Source of the DNA: Mobula hypostoma
Taxonomy: Eukaryota
Reading direction: 5' to 3'
DNA length: 64,000 bases
NCBI RefSeq assembly: GCF_963921235.1
Contig: NC_086097.1
Coordinates: 156,800,001-156,864,000, forward strand
The position numbers and the translations under genes are program-made. The notes beneath the pieces were generated by a model. That model ran no database searches, had not been told where the DNA came from, and worked only from the letters and a program-made list of their open reading frames with translations. Shown one piece after another: positions 52,528 to 61,919 of the stretch (its first letter is position 1; the number at the start of each line of letters is the position of its first letter).

Positions 52528-54254
52528 CCATGGATTCTGGTTAATTCGGACACATCAGGACCAGGATATTCTGGCCCATTTAAGTGTCTGCCCCAATTAA
52601 ATGAAGACTCGTGGAAATAATTTAGATAGATAGGTAGATAGATAGATATACTGTACTGATTCCCAGGGAAATTGGGTTTTGTTACAGCTGCACCAACCAA
52701 GAATAGAGCATAAATATAGCAATACAAAAGCCACAAACAATCAAACAACAAAATGCAAACTATGCCAGATGGAAAATAAGTCCAGGACCAGTCTATTGGC
52801 TCAGGGTGTCTGACCCTCCACGGGAGGAGCTGCGAGTTCGATGGCCACAGGCAGAAACGACCTCCTGTGCCGCCCAGTGTTGTATCTAGGTGGGATGTGG
52901 CCGAAGTCCAACAGTAAAAAGTTCAATATCTGGTCTACAAACACGTTCCTCGATCCTAATATGACCCGAAGTGCACCATCTGTTGTTAACCAGAACAGCA
53001 AGCACCCAACTCCTTTACGCTTACTGCTCTCAGTGCACTTCCGGTCAGCTGAAACGGTCTGGAAGCCGTCCATGGAGAAGTTTTGATTGGGTATTTCCTC
53101 GTGCAGCCCCATTCCAGTGAAACACATAACACTGCACTCCCGAAATGTTCTCTGACGCCTGGCCAGTGCCGTGAACTAGTCCATTTTATTACCCACCGAC
53201 TCCTCTTCTCCATAAGTCTCTGTTGTCTCGACCCGGTCCTCTTTCCTCAACTTTGTGATCCCCCTTTGCATCCTCTGCGTGTTTTCCTCCAGATTTCAGC
53301 AGGGGTGTCCGCTGCTCTGCTCGCTAAACCGGCCGGCATTAGCGCAAGCAGCTGGTCCCTGGAATGAACAATGCGACCATGCTTCTGTCCCGTGTGTCAG
53401 GATGTAACTATTTCCAGCACTAAAAACCCAAATAAAACTCTCTCTACCAGCATGTTAGAAAGGGTGCAGCTTCGACGTGTTACCGTGGAAAAAAAATACA
53501 AAAAATAACGTAGTTAAAAAGTAAGAAGAAAAAGGTAAGAGTACTGATCGGAACGGCTGTAACAGGCTGCATGCACGACCGGCGCATGTGCACAGAGCTT
53601 TAAAAGGCATAAAAAAGAGAAACTACCATTTTATTGAGTAAAAAATTATGTATGTATTTAAATGAAATGCAGAACATATTAGAACATTACTTGTAATGCT
53701 ACAGTACTATAAAACTGTGCATTAGTTCATAATAGTTATTAATAGAGGAATTCTTTCAGTGTACGCTGCCATGTTCTTTTGATTCCAAATCCTCATTTTT
53801 ATTGTAACATTCAAGATGATTGTTGATACCTTCAAATTCTTCGTTATTCTTAACTTGTTGAACTAGTGAAATAGTTTTATTTTCACTCATGGCTGTTTAC
53901 GGCATCTCCTAGCCTCAATGCTTGAAATTACTGTGAGAAAAATAGTTCTGAATTGTCTTACTGCCTATTTATCACAAACCATCAGCGACAAAAATCACTG
54001 CTTTTTGAACACAAACACACACAACTGACGCTACTTAAAAACTGTTTGCTCCGAGTACAGTCTGGTGTCTTACGGCCATGCTAGTGCACGCGGCTGACAG
54101 TAGTTAGAAACTGTTCAGCAACAGTCTCCTGTCCCAATTAAGCAGCATAGTGTGACAAATAAACAAAGATAATGCTGTCTATTTTCTTGATTAGTTTTTG
54201 TTCTTTAAGAGTTGTCCCAAATAAGCGGCTGTCCCAATTATCTGGAATCCACTG
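52528..54254. mobile_element. Non-autonomous Tc1/mariner-pogo (Tigger-like) DNA transposon
   Basis: Imperfect ~25-bp TIRs CCATGGATTCTGGTTAATTCGGACA / TGTCCCAATTATCTGGAATCCACTG, each flanked by TA; subterminal gtcccaatta repeats. Confidence 0.75.
52623..53595 (-). mobile_element. Internally deleted Rex1/Babar-type LINE (5' UTR + APE N-terminus fused to ORF2 C-terminus + 3' UTR)
   Basis: Minus strand: NKMDEL...FRECSVMCFT, MDGFQTVSADR...KGVG, then directly RYNTGRHRRSFLPVAIEL, the 3' UTR and a (TATC)n tail at 52623-52647. Confidence 0.8.
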
Positions 54255-54399
54255 TACTCAGAGATTCATCCACCAAAATTCCTACCCAATCCTCTGAGAC
54301 TCCCTTGACTTATGGATAAATTTCCACGACTAATCTCTCCATCACATCCATAGACTGTTTGAAGGCTGATATTATCTGGAGATAGTCAACATGTTATTT

Positions 54400-54968
54400 T
54401 TCCTTAAGGTTGTTATATCCAGGGGTGGTAATGGGGACAAGCTCCCACTACCTATTAAATGTTCCCAATGGTATGCACCCCAAATAGCCTTTGACAACTA
54501 AATTCAGCTTCTGGTGTTCACATGTGGCTTAGCTACTAAGCCCAGCAGAACTGTTTCTACTGACAGGAGAAGGGGCAAAGGAGGATTACTGGTCCCTTAA
54601 AACTAGTTGCTTTAAGCATATGGGGCTCTTCAGCTGTGATTGGCAGCTGATCCAGGAGAAGGAAAGCTCCGATCTCAAACCTCCTCTGTCTTGCGGAAAT
54701 ACACACTCATGGGGAAGGCTTCCAAAGTAAACCCCGAGGGAGAAATCTGGTGTTGGAGTCACTAAGGCGGTCCTATGTTGAGCTCAACAGTGACTGGCAA
54801 CTCCTGTGACGTCACCGGTGCCAAACTGTTTAGGTTTCTGCTGTTCCTTTGGATCCATCAGGTGCATGGGGGGCCGGGTGCTTTCTTTCCTATTTTACTG
54901 TCCAGGCTTGCAAATCTAGACAGCTAGGACATAACATCTATGATTGACCCTGACTGACATAGGCCCAT
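54400..54968 (+). repeat. ~0.57-kb interspersed non-coding repeat, copy 2
   Basis: Colinear with 12155-12745. Confidence 0.7.
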
Positions 54969-55059
54969 AAGTCAACATAAATAGCAGCAGCTGATCATTT
55001 AAAGAGTCTTAACTGTAGCATTTTCCTTGAATTTCCACCATCCATATAAGCACCTAACT

Positions 55060-55353
55060 TGGTGTGGTGCGTGACCAAGTGGCTAGTGATCTGAAGGTCA
55101 TGCATTCGAGCCTCGGTCAAGGCAGCGTGTGTGTCCTTGAGCAAGGCACTTAACAACACAATGCTCCAGTCTACCCAGCTGAGAATGGGTACTGGCAAAA
55201 ATGCTGGGGGTTAACCTCGCGATAGACTGGCGTCCTATCCGGGGGGGGGGGCGGGGGGGGGGAGTCTTGTACTCTCAGTCGCTTCACACCATGGAAACCG
55301 GCATAAGCACCAGCCTGATGGGCCACAAGGCTTGAGACAGACTTTAACTTTTA
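55060..55353 (+). mobile_element. tRNA-derived SINE with CORE- and V-domain-like segments
   Basis: gtgaccaagtgg (A-box-like), attcgagcc (B-box-like), gtccttgagcaaggcactt, cgcgatagactggcgtcctatccggggg, and tail cagactttaactttt. Confidence 0.7.
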
Positions 55354-55416
55354 ATCTTAAATATAAGCAGCTATACTGCAGGAAGTTGATTACTTTTAAT
55401 AAACAAGTCAAATGTG

Positions 55417-56273
55417 TGTTACGTACCCCGTAACTGGGTTGCCAAACCAGCAGAAATGGATCACTCAGTTGGAGTCTGGAGTACTAGAACTAAGAAAGTT
55501 TTATTAAAGAAACAAGCAACACAGTAATCGAAAGGATAATAAATGCAACAATTCAACAATGATAACCACACATGTGCACAGAATTAAGATAACAGCATCA
55601 ATCAAGCTCTATCGTTGTCTAGGGGTAAATGACCAATTTCAAAATGACTCAAAGTTCAGTCCAGTTTGTAGTTCAGTTCGCAGTAATCGTTGCCATGGCG
55701 ATGGACAAGGTGGGGGAAGAGAGACAGAATGGGAACAACTGATCATTCAGCACAGCTTCACTCACAGACCAGCGGGATGGCTCACAAACAGCTTTTGGGC
55801 AGGTCCTTGGTGATGTCACCTGAGGTCACCGACTGTGACCCCTCCTCCAGATGCGGTCGATCCTCTGCAGTGAACCCGGCACCCAGGCAAGGGCGGACAC
55901 ACACCGGGTTCCCGCTGATCGTACCTTTCCACCCTTGTCGTTGTCTGGGACTTCTCACCCACTCGTGAGAAGCGCACCGCTTCCAGGGTCTCGTTACCTC
56001 GGGTGGCGTGTGTGTCTGTCTTAGCGAACCTGTCCCTTTTTATCCCCCTGCTGGGGTATCGCCTGTCCATCACTTCAAACAGTTCAGGGTTCAAAGGGGG
56101 GAGCCGCTCCAGACAGCTCTTCCTCCCACATCCCTTCATTACACATCTCCAGACGCTGCTCCATTGTTCCTTATCTCTCCTTCCCCTGAGGGCAGGTGGC
56201 AGACCAACTGCTGATGCCACTGATGCTAGCCCAGGCCAGCAAACATCTTAATTTTATGTGTATTCTCGTAACA
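55417..56273 (-). repeat. 3' LTR (857 bp)
   Basis: No differences from 59365-60221 seen by eye, and the overlapping ORF-track peptides are identical. Minus-strand AATAAA at ~55500-55505. Confidence 0.97.
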
Positions 56274-56289
56274 CTTCCCCCCTTTAAGG
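56274..56289 (-). promoter_or_regulatory. Polypurine tract
   Basis: A minus-strand purine run (AAA, G-run, AAG) directly abuts the 3' LTR TGT. Confidence 0.9.
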
Positions 56290-56445
56290 ATTTTTACCGG
56301 GAGGTAAAAATTACAAACATGACTACATTGTCTGATACATACACAATATACATCTTTAACAGTTATTTAGCTAATACAGAGAATTTGAAGCTGTCAACAC
56401 CTTGACAGACAGTCATCACATTTTCTGTTCCTTTTACACGTGTTA

Positions 56446-59265
56446 TTAATAACTCCTTAGACCAGGCTCCAACTCAGCAAACTTCATAGTGGCCAAAAAC
56501 ACTGATGAATTGCGACCAATGTAACCTCTCATTTGGTTTTGTCCCGGACCACAACAACAAGGGTCGTCCCATTCCGACTCAATTTTCTCTCGCAAGGGCT
56601 TAGTAGGAGGGGGACGGGTATTGACCGCAGAGTTATTGCAAAACTTCCTGCAGTACCCCACCATCTCCAAAAGCCTTCTGAGGGCCCTCTTGTCTGTCGG
56701 GGTTGGGAGGTCAGCGATAGCCTGCACTGTAGCTTGCATCACTGCCAGCTGCCCCTGTGTCACCACAATTCCCAGGTAAGTGACATTCGTGTGGCCGAAT
56801 TCATTTTTTCCAAGGTTCACTATCAAGCTGGCTTCAGACAGCCGTGTTAAATTGCCAATACACACCTCTGTGTTCATCAGCCCTTTAGTCACTGAATTAC
56901 TCAAAAAATATGGGTGTTGTTTACTTGGCCGCCCTATTGTAACCACAATCACCCAACGTCCCAGTTCTTTGCATTTCCTCGGGACAATCAAACACATGGG
57001 TGCGAGTCGTTTAATTACTCCTTCGGGGATTAAGGGAGAGACCTTATCAGTAGACCTGGCCAAAACAATAGCCTTCTCCCATCTGACCGATCCCATCCTA
57101 ATCTTTTCAAAATGGTTTTTTTCTCTTATCAAGGGGCCCCTAGCTTCATTGATTTCCACGCTAACACCGACTAGGTTTGTTAGCATATCAAAAGCCGGTG
57201 ACCGTCTCAGTTCGCGTCGGTCATGATCAATAACATTTTTCCCCCTGGGCAGCCGGTAACTCTCTTTCATGATTCCACCAACTGTTTCCTCCAGCACCGC
57301 AAAATGTCCACCGGGGGGTACCTCGTGGGCCATGTTAAAAACCTCATCCCCGTAACTCTTTTGCACCACCCCCCACTCCTCATCTGCGGATGCTGTACTT
57401 GATTTCCCTTTCTTCCTTAGCACTTCCTCATCCGCACAATAGCTTGTCAAGGCTGTGTCAGAGAGAGCGGTCTCTGCAAAACCCATCAGCCCCTCGCCTC
57501 GCTCCTGCGTCTGCACAAATTCTTTCCTGGCTACTGCTACGTCCGTCCCAGCTCCCTCACTACCTCTTATCTCACTACACCCTGTCTCATACAAGGTTGG
57601 CAGAAATGTTTCAGCCAAATTCACCATCGCGGGCGGGGCCTCCATGCTGGCAGGCTGACCCGTCAATCTCACGACTGGGAACACGATTCCTCCGGCGATG
57701 TCATTACCGAGCAAGACTTCCACGTCTTTCATCGGTAATTCGGACCTCACCCCGATCGTGACTAGTCCAGAGACCAGGTTGCTCTGTAAATGTATCTGGT
57801 GCAAAGGGACTGACTCTGTCCCTTCCCCAACACCTTTGACCTCTACCTCCCCAGTCTGGGTCTCTGAGCTAAACTCTAATACACTCTTCGGTATTAGTGA
57901 CTGACACGCTCCCGTGTCTCTCCAGATCCGCACTGGAACTGGTTTTAACCTCTCCTTCACTGACACCAGTCCGGCCGAGATAAACCTCTCGCGCCCTTCC
58001 TGGACTTTTTCAGACCTGTCCTTCCCTAGCGGTTCGCTTAACAGCTCAATACAGCCATTCAAAATTTCCGCTTTTCCTTTCCCCGTCTCCTTCCTTGGGG
58101 CAAAGCACCTGGACGCAAAGTGTCCGACTTTCCCACAATTATAACAGACGACTCCAGGAGACTTCCTACCAGACTGCTCCCGGTCTACCTTATCCTTTTC
58201 ACTAGTCCCCGGCTTACTTTCTGACTTTTCCGGTGGACTCTCCCCGCCGTCCTGACTACCCTTCTGGTAGCCTTTACTCGGGACAAACTTCATTTTATGC
58301 GTCAACGCATACTCATCCGCTAACTTAGCAGTTGCGGCTAACGTGGCTGCCTCTTTCTCATCGAGGTAGGGTCTCATACCCTCAGGGACACAACCTTTAA
58401 ACTGCTCAATCAGAATCAGCTGCAGCAGTCTGTCATAATCCCCCTCTACCCCTTTCGAGGCGCACCAACGCTCACAATATGTTTGCATCTCGCGAGCAAA
58501 CTCCAAATACGTGCGGTCCCACCGCTTCCTCGCATTCCGGAACCTCTGCCGGTATGCCTCCGGGACCAACTCATAAGTCCTGAGGATGGCCTCCTTCACC
58601 ACCTCATACTTCTGGGCATCTTCCGGGGATAAAGCGGAGTAAGCTTGTTGGGCTTTCCCTTTCAGTACACTCTGAAGTAAAACAACCCACTTATCCCTCG
58701 GCCAGTCCTGACTTATAGCTACTTTTTCGAAGTGGAGAAAGTACCGATCCACATCGGTATCGTCAAATGGGGGAACCAGCCTAACCTCCTGGGTCGCCCG
58801 GAACCCTCCACCTTGGTTCGGCACGAGCCCCTGCTCGGCCCTTATCTTTAACTTCTCCAGCTCAAATTCCCTTTCCCTCTGTTTCTCCTCTCTCTCCAAC
58901 TGTCTGTCCCTCTCTCTCTCTTCTCTCTCCAACTGTCTTTCTCTCTCTTGCCTTTCTACCTCTCTCTCTTTCTCCTGCCTTTCTAACTGCCGTACCCGGA
59001 ACTCGTGCTCGAGTCTCAGTTTTTCAAGCTGTACCTGTACCGCGTCTCCAGCAGGTTTTTCAATAGACACCTCCCCCAGCTCACCTTGGGGAAACACACC
59101 TTTAGATACATAGTGCTCTACAATAGCTCTGTGTATCTCCTCTCTCCTCATTGTCGACTTCACCTTAGCAAGATTCACCCGTTTTGCCACAGCTATCAAT
59201 TCCGATTTCCTGGCATCCTCTAATGCCTCCAAGGTCGGCGCCTTTATAAATTCCTCAACCTCCAT
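56446..59265 (-). CDS. 939-aa Gag (coiled coil, SCAN-like capsid, CCHC)-protease polyprotein with in-frame, catalytically empty IN/RT/RNase H relics
   Basis: PPFDDTDVDRYFLHFEK, EAYRQRFR...CERW...LILIEQF; CYNCGKVGHFASRC (58105-58146); RDTGA (57907-57918) and LLGND; AHEVPPGGH; KQHPY; YLGIVV...VQAIADLPTPTDKRALRRLLEMVGYCRKF. No YxDD or DDE core seen. Confidence 0.9.
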   Translation of the reverse strand: MEVEEFIKAPTLEALEDARKSELIAVAKRVNLAKVKSTMRREEIHRAIVEHYVSKGVFPQGELGEVSIEKPAGDAVQVQLEKLRLEHEFRVRQLERQEKEREVERQERERQLEREERERDRQLEREEKQREREFELEKLKIRAEQGLVPNQGGGFRATQEVRLVPPFDDTDVDRYFLHFEKVAISQDWPRDKWVVLLQSVLKGKAQQAYSALSPEDAQKYEVVKEAILRTYELVPEAYRQRFRNARKRWDRTYLEFAREMQTYCERWCASKGVEGDYDRLLQLILIEQFKGCVPEGMRPYLDEKEAATLAATAKLADEYALTHKMKFVPSKGYQKGSQDGGESPPEKSESKPGTSEKDKVDREQSGRKSPGVVCYNCGKVGHFASRCFAPRKETGKGKAEILNGCIELLSEPLGKDRSEKVQEGRERFISAGLVSVKERLKPVPVRIWRDTGACQSLIPKSVLEFSSETQTGEVEVKGVGEGTESVPLHQIHLQSNLVSGLVTIGVRSELPMKDVEVLLGNDIAGGIVFPVVRLTGQPASMEAPPAMVNLAETFLPTLYETGCSEIRGSEGAGTDVAVARKEFVQTQERGEGLMGFAETALSDTALTSYCADEEVLRKKGKSSTASADEEWGVVQKSYGDEVFNMAHEVPPGGHFAVLEETVGGIMKESYRLPRGKNVIDHDRRELRRSPAFDMLTNLVGVSVEINEARGPLIREKNHFEKIRMGSVRWEKAIVLARSTDKVSPLIPEGVIKRLAPMCLIVPRKCKELGRWVIVVTIGRPSKQHPYFLSNSVTKGLMNTEVCIGNLTRLSEASLIVNLGKNEFGHTNVTYLGIVVTQGQLAVMQATVQAIADLPTPTDKRALRRLLEMVGYCRKFCNNSAVNTRPPPTKPLREKIESEWDDPCCCGPGQNQMRGYIGRNSSVFLATMKFAELEPGLRSY

Positions 59266-59334
59266 TTCTGCTGTTTGTCTTTTCTTTCTTTCGGGAATTT
59301 TAACCCAATCAATTTACTCCGTCCCAAATTTAGC

Positions 59335-59360
59335 GTTCAAAATCGCGGACGAGAACCCCA
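59335..59360 (-). promoter_or_regulatory. Primer-binding site, tRNA-Pro-like (imperfect)
   Basis: 4 nt after the 5' LTR: TGGGGTTCTCGTCCGCGATTTTGAAC, versus the tRNA-Pro complement TGGGGGCTCGTCCGGGATTTGAAC. Confidence 0.8.
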
Positions 59361-59364
59361 CTTA

Positions 59365-60221
59365 TGTTACGTACCCCGTAACTGGGTTGCCAAACCAGCA
59401 GAAATGGATCACTCAGTTGGAGTCTGGAGTACTAGAACTAAGAAAGTTTTATTAAAGAAACAAGCAACACAGTAATCGAAAGGATAATAAATGCAACAAT
59501 TCAACAATGATAACCACACATGTGCACAGAATTAAGATAACAGCATCAATCAAGCTCTATCGTTGTCTAGGGGTAAATGACCAATTTCAAAATGACTCAA
59601 AGTTCAGTCCAGTTTGTAGTTCAGTTCGCAGTAATCGTTGCCATGGCGATGGACAAGGTGGGGGAAGAGAGACAGAATGGGAACAACTGATCATTCAGCA
59701 CAGCTTCACTCACAGACCAGCGGGATGGCTCACAAACAGCTTTTGGGCAGGTCCTTGGTGATGTCACCTGAGGTCACCGACTGTGACCCCTCCTCCAGAT
59801 GCGGTCGATCCTCTGCAGTGAACCCGGCACCCAGGCAAGGGCGGACACACACCGGGTTCCCGCTGATCGTACCTTTCCACCCTTGTCGTTGTCTGGGACT
59901 TCTCACCCACTCGTGAGAAGCGCACCGCTTCCAGGGTCTCGTTACCTCGGGTGGCGTGTGTGTCTGTCTTAGCGAACCTGTCCCTTTTTATCCCCCTGCT
60001 GGGGTATCGCCTGTCCATCACTTCAAACAGTTCAGGGTTCAAAGGGGGGAGCCGCTCCAGACAGCTCTTCCTCCCACATCCCTTCATTACACATCTCCAG
60101 ACGCTGCTCCATTGTTCCTTATCTCTCCTTCCCCTGAGGGCAGGTGGCAGACCAACTGCTGATGCCACTGATGCTAGCCCAGGCCAGCAAACATCTTAAT
60201 TTTATGTGTATTCTCGTAACA
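59365..60221 (-). repeat. 5' LTR (857 bp)
   Basis: Offset of 3948 bp from the other LTR; TG...CA termini. Confidence 0.97.
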
Positions 60222-60394
60222 TGTGTCACTCAAAAAAAACAACTCAAAGGTTTTTGTGGAACTTCTATTTTTTAATGCAGTTATGAAGAACTGCAGAGTG
60301 AGTGATCCGCTAGCCTTGATCCTTCAGCTTTTCAACTTTCAATGAAAGGAATAGAAACTTTAATCACCAGGTGACCTAAACCTAGTTGTCTGTT

Positions 60395-61170
60395 TGCAGG
60401 TGTCCTTGTATCCCGACAACTGACAGTGAACATGAAAAAGCCAAATGACATATTGTCCTCTGTTGCAAGGGGTTTTGAGTACAGAAAAAAGATATATTGC
60501 TACAATCATTCAGGTCCTGGAGAGGACCATATCTAGAGAAATGTGCATCGTTTTAGACTTCCTATCTAAACAACAAGATATTCTTGCCATAAGAAGAGTG
60601 TAATTACCTGCCTGATTCCTGAGACAATGAAGGCATCAAATGAGAATTTACATTGACTAGGCTTGTACTCGTGAGAGTTTATCATCATTACCATCAGGTG
60701 CCATGTCCAGTTTGAGCTTTGACTACCATGGCCCACATACTTCAGTTTTGGGTCAAGTGGATCAATTCATTGGTATTCATTTCCAGTTCTCTGGCTGCTG
60801 TCTCTGAGAGTTTATAAGAATGTGAAAAGATATTGTAGAACTGCACAAATCCTATCAGGGCTTGAGAGGATTCTAATCCATAATACATCAGTAATCAGTA
60901 AAATTAAGCCTGGTTTGTTGATATGGGCTAAGATATTTAGAACTAAGATGAATTTTTTTTCACTCAGTAAATTGCGACCTTGTGAAATTCTCTATCACAA
61001 AAAACAGCGGAGACCAAGTCATTGATGTATTTAAGAAGTAGATAGACTTCTAGACACAAAAGCATCACATTAAAAGAAGTTTATGAGGAACATGTTACAG
61101 TATTGCAATTGAGAGTCAATTATGATCATGTTAACTGGTCAAGGAGGCCCAAAGAGTTGAATAGCTTATG
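60395..61170 (+). mobile_element. Old CR1 3' relic containing a short RTE 3' insertion (60680-60803, minus)
   Basis: gcaaggggttttgagtacag...ggaccatatctaga is CR1-like. The insert is flanked by TGAGAGTTT and matches the reverse complement of 19331-19448. Confidence 0.65.
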
Positions 61171-61179
61171 CTTCATCTT

Positions 61180-61570
61180 AAATCCAGGCCATGCCCTCTT
61201 CCCAAGCAGGAGGTAGGGAAGCCTTAGTTTCCACACCACCAGATTCAGGAACAGTTATTACCCTACAGCCATCGGACTTCTGAACTAGCATAGATAACTT
61301 CATTCACCTCTACTTTGAACTGATTCTCTGACCTACAGATTCACTCACTTGCAAAGATCTTTACAATATTCTCAATAATATTTTTATTTGCAGTCTTCCT
61401 TCTTTTGCACATTGGTTGTTCATCGGTCTTTGTCTATTTATGTATTTTATCATAAAATTCTATCGTATTTCTTCTTTTCCTCTGCATGTCTACAAGAAAA
61501 TGAATCTCAAGGTAGTACATGATAACATACATGTACTTAGATAATGAATTATCTCCCTGAACTTTGAAAT
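61180..61570 (+). mobile_element. Rex1/Babar 3' fragment
   Basis: ccaggccatgccctctt...caccagattcaggaacagttattaccc...gaatctcaaggtag...tgaactttga. Confidence 0.7.
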
Positions 61571-61919
61571 ATTTTAATTTATTTCTACTGGGGTAAAGCA
61601 GTTTGTTCATTGAATCACAAACTTTATTTTTTCTGCCCAGTGATACATATTTCACAATCATTAACCTGACTAACGAAGCAACCTGGAATTAATTATATTT
61701 GTCCTCAGAAACTTGTTTACTTTGAGCTCTTTTTCATCTCTATGAAATTGATTGCTGCAGAAGTCACTAAATCTGCTGGATTATTTCTGATGCTTCCATT
61801 AATAAATATTTCACAAAAAACATTTCACAAATATATAAACTTCACTTCTCGCTAAAACCGAAAATCAAACATCTCCTCAATAATATATGGAAGTTAAATT
61901 TCCATTGAGATTCCCCTGG

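Larger units (their letters stand above)
55417..60221 (-). mobile_element. Full-structure non-autonomous Gmr1-like Gypsy LTR retrotransposon
   Basis: Two 857-bp LTRs TGTTACG...CGTAACA, a 4-bp TSD TGTG (55413-55416 / 60222-60225), PBS, PPT and a single internal ORF. Confidence 0.97.

Noticed and set aside
55559..56251. Several 68-134 aa ORFs duplicated at 59507-60199
   Set aside because: They lie inside the LTRs and are duplicated only because the LTRs are; no recognisable domain.
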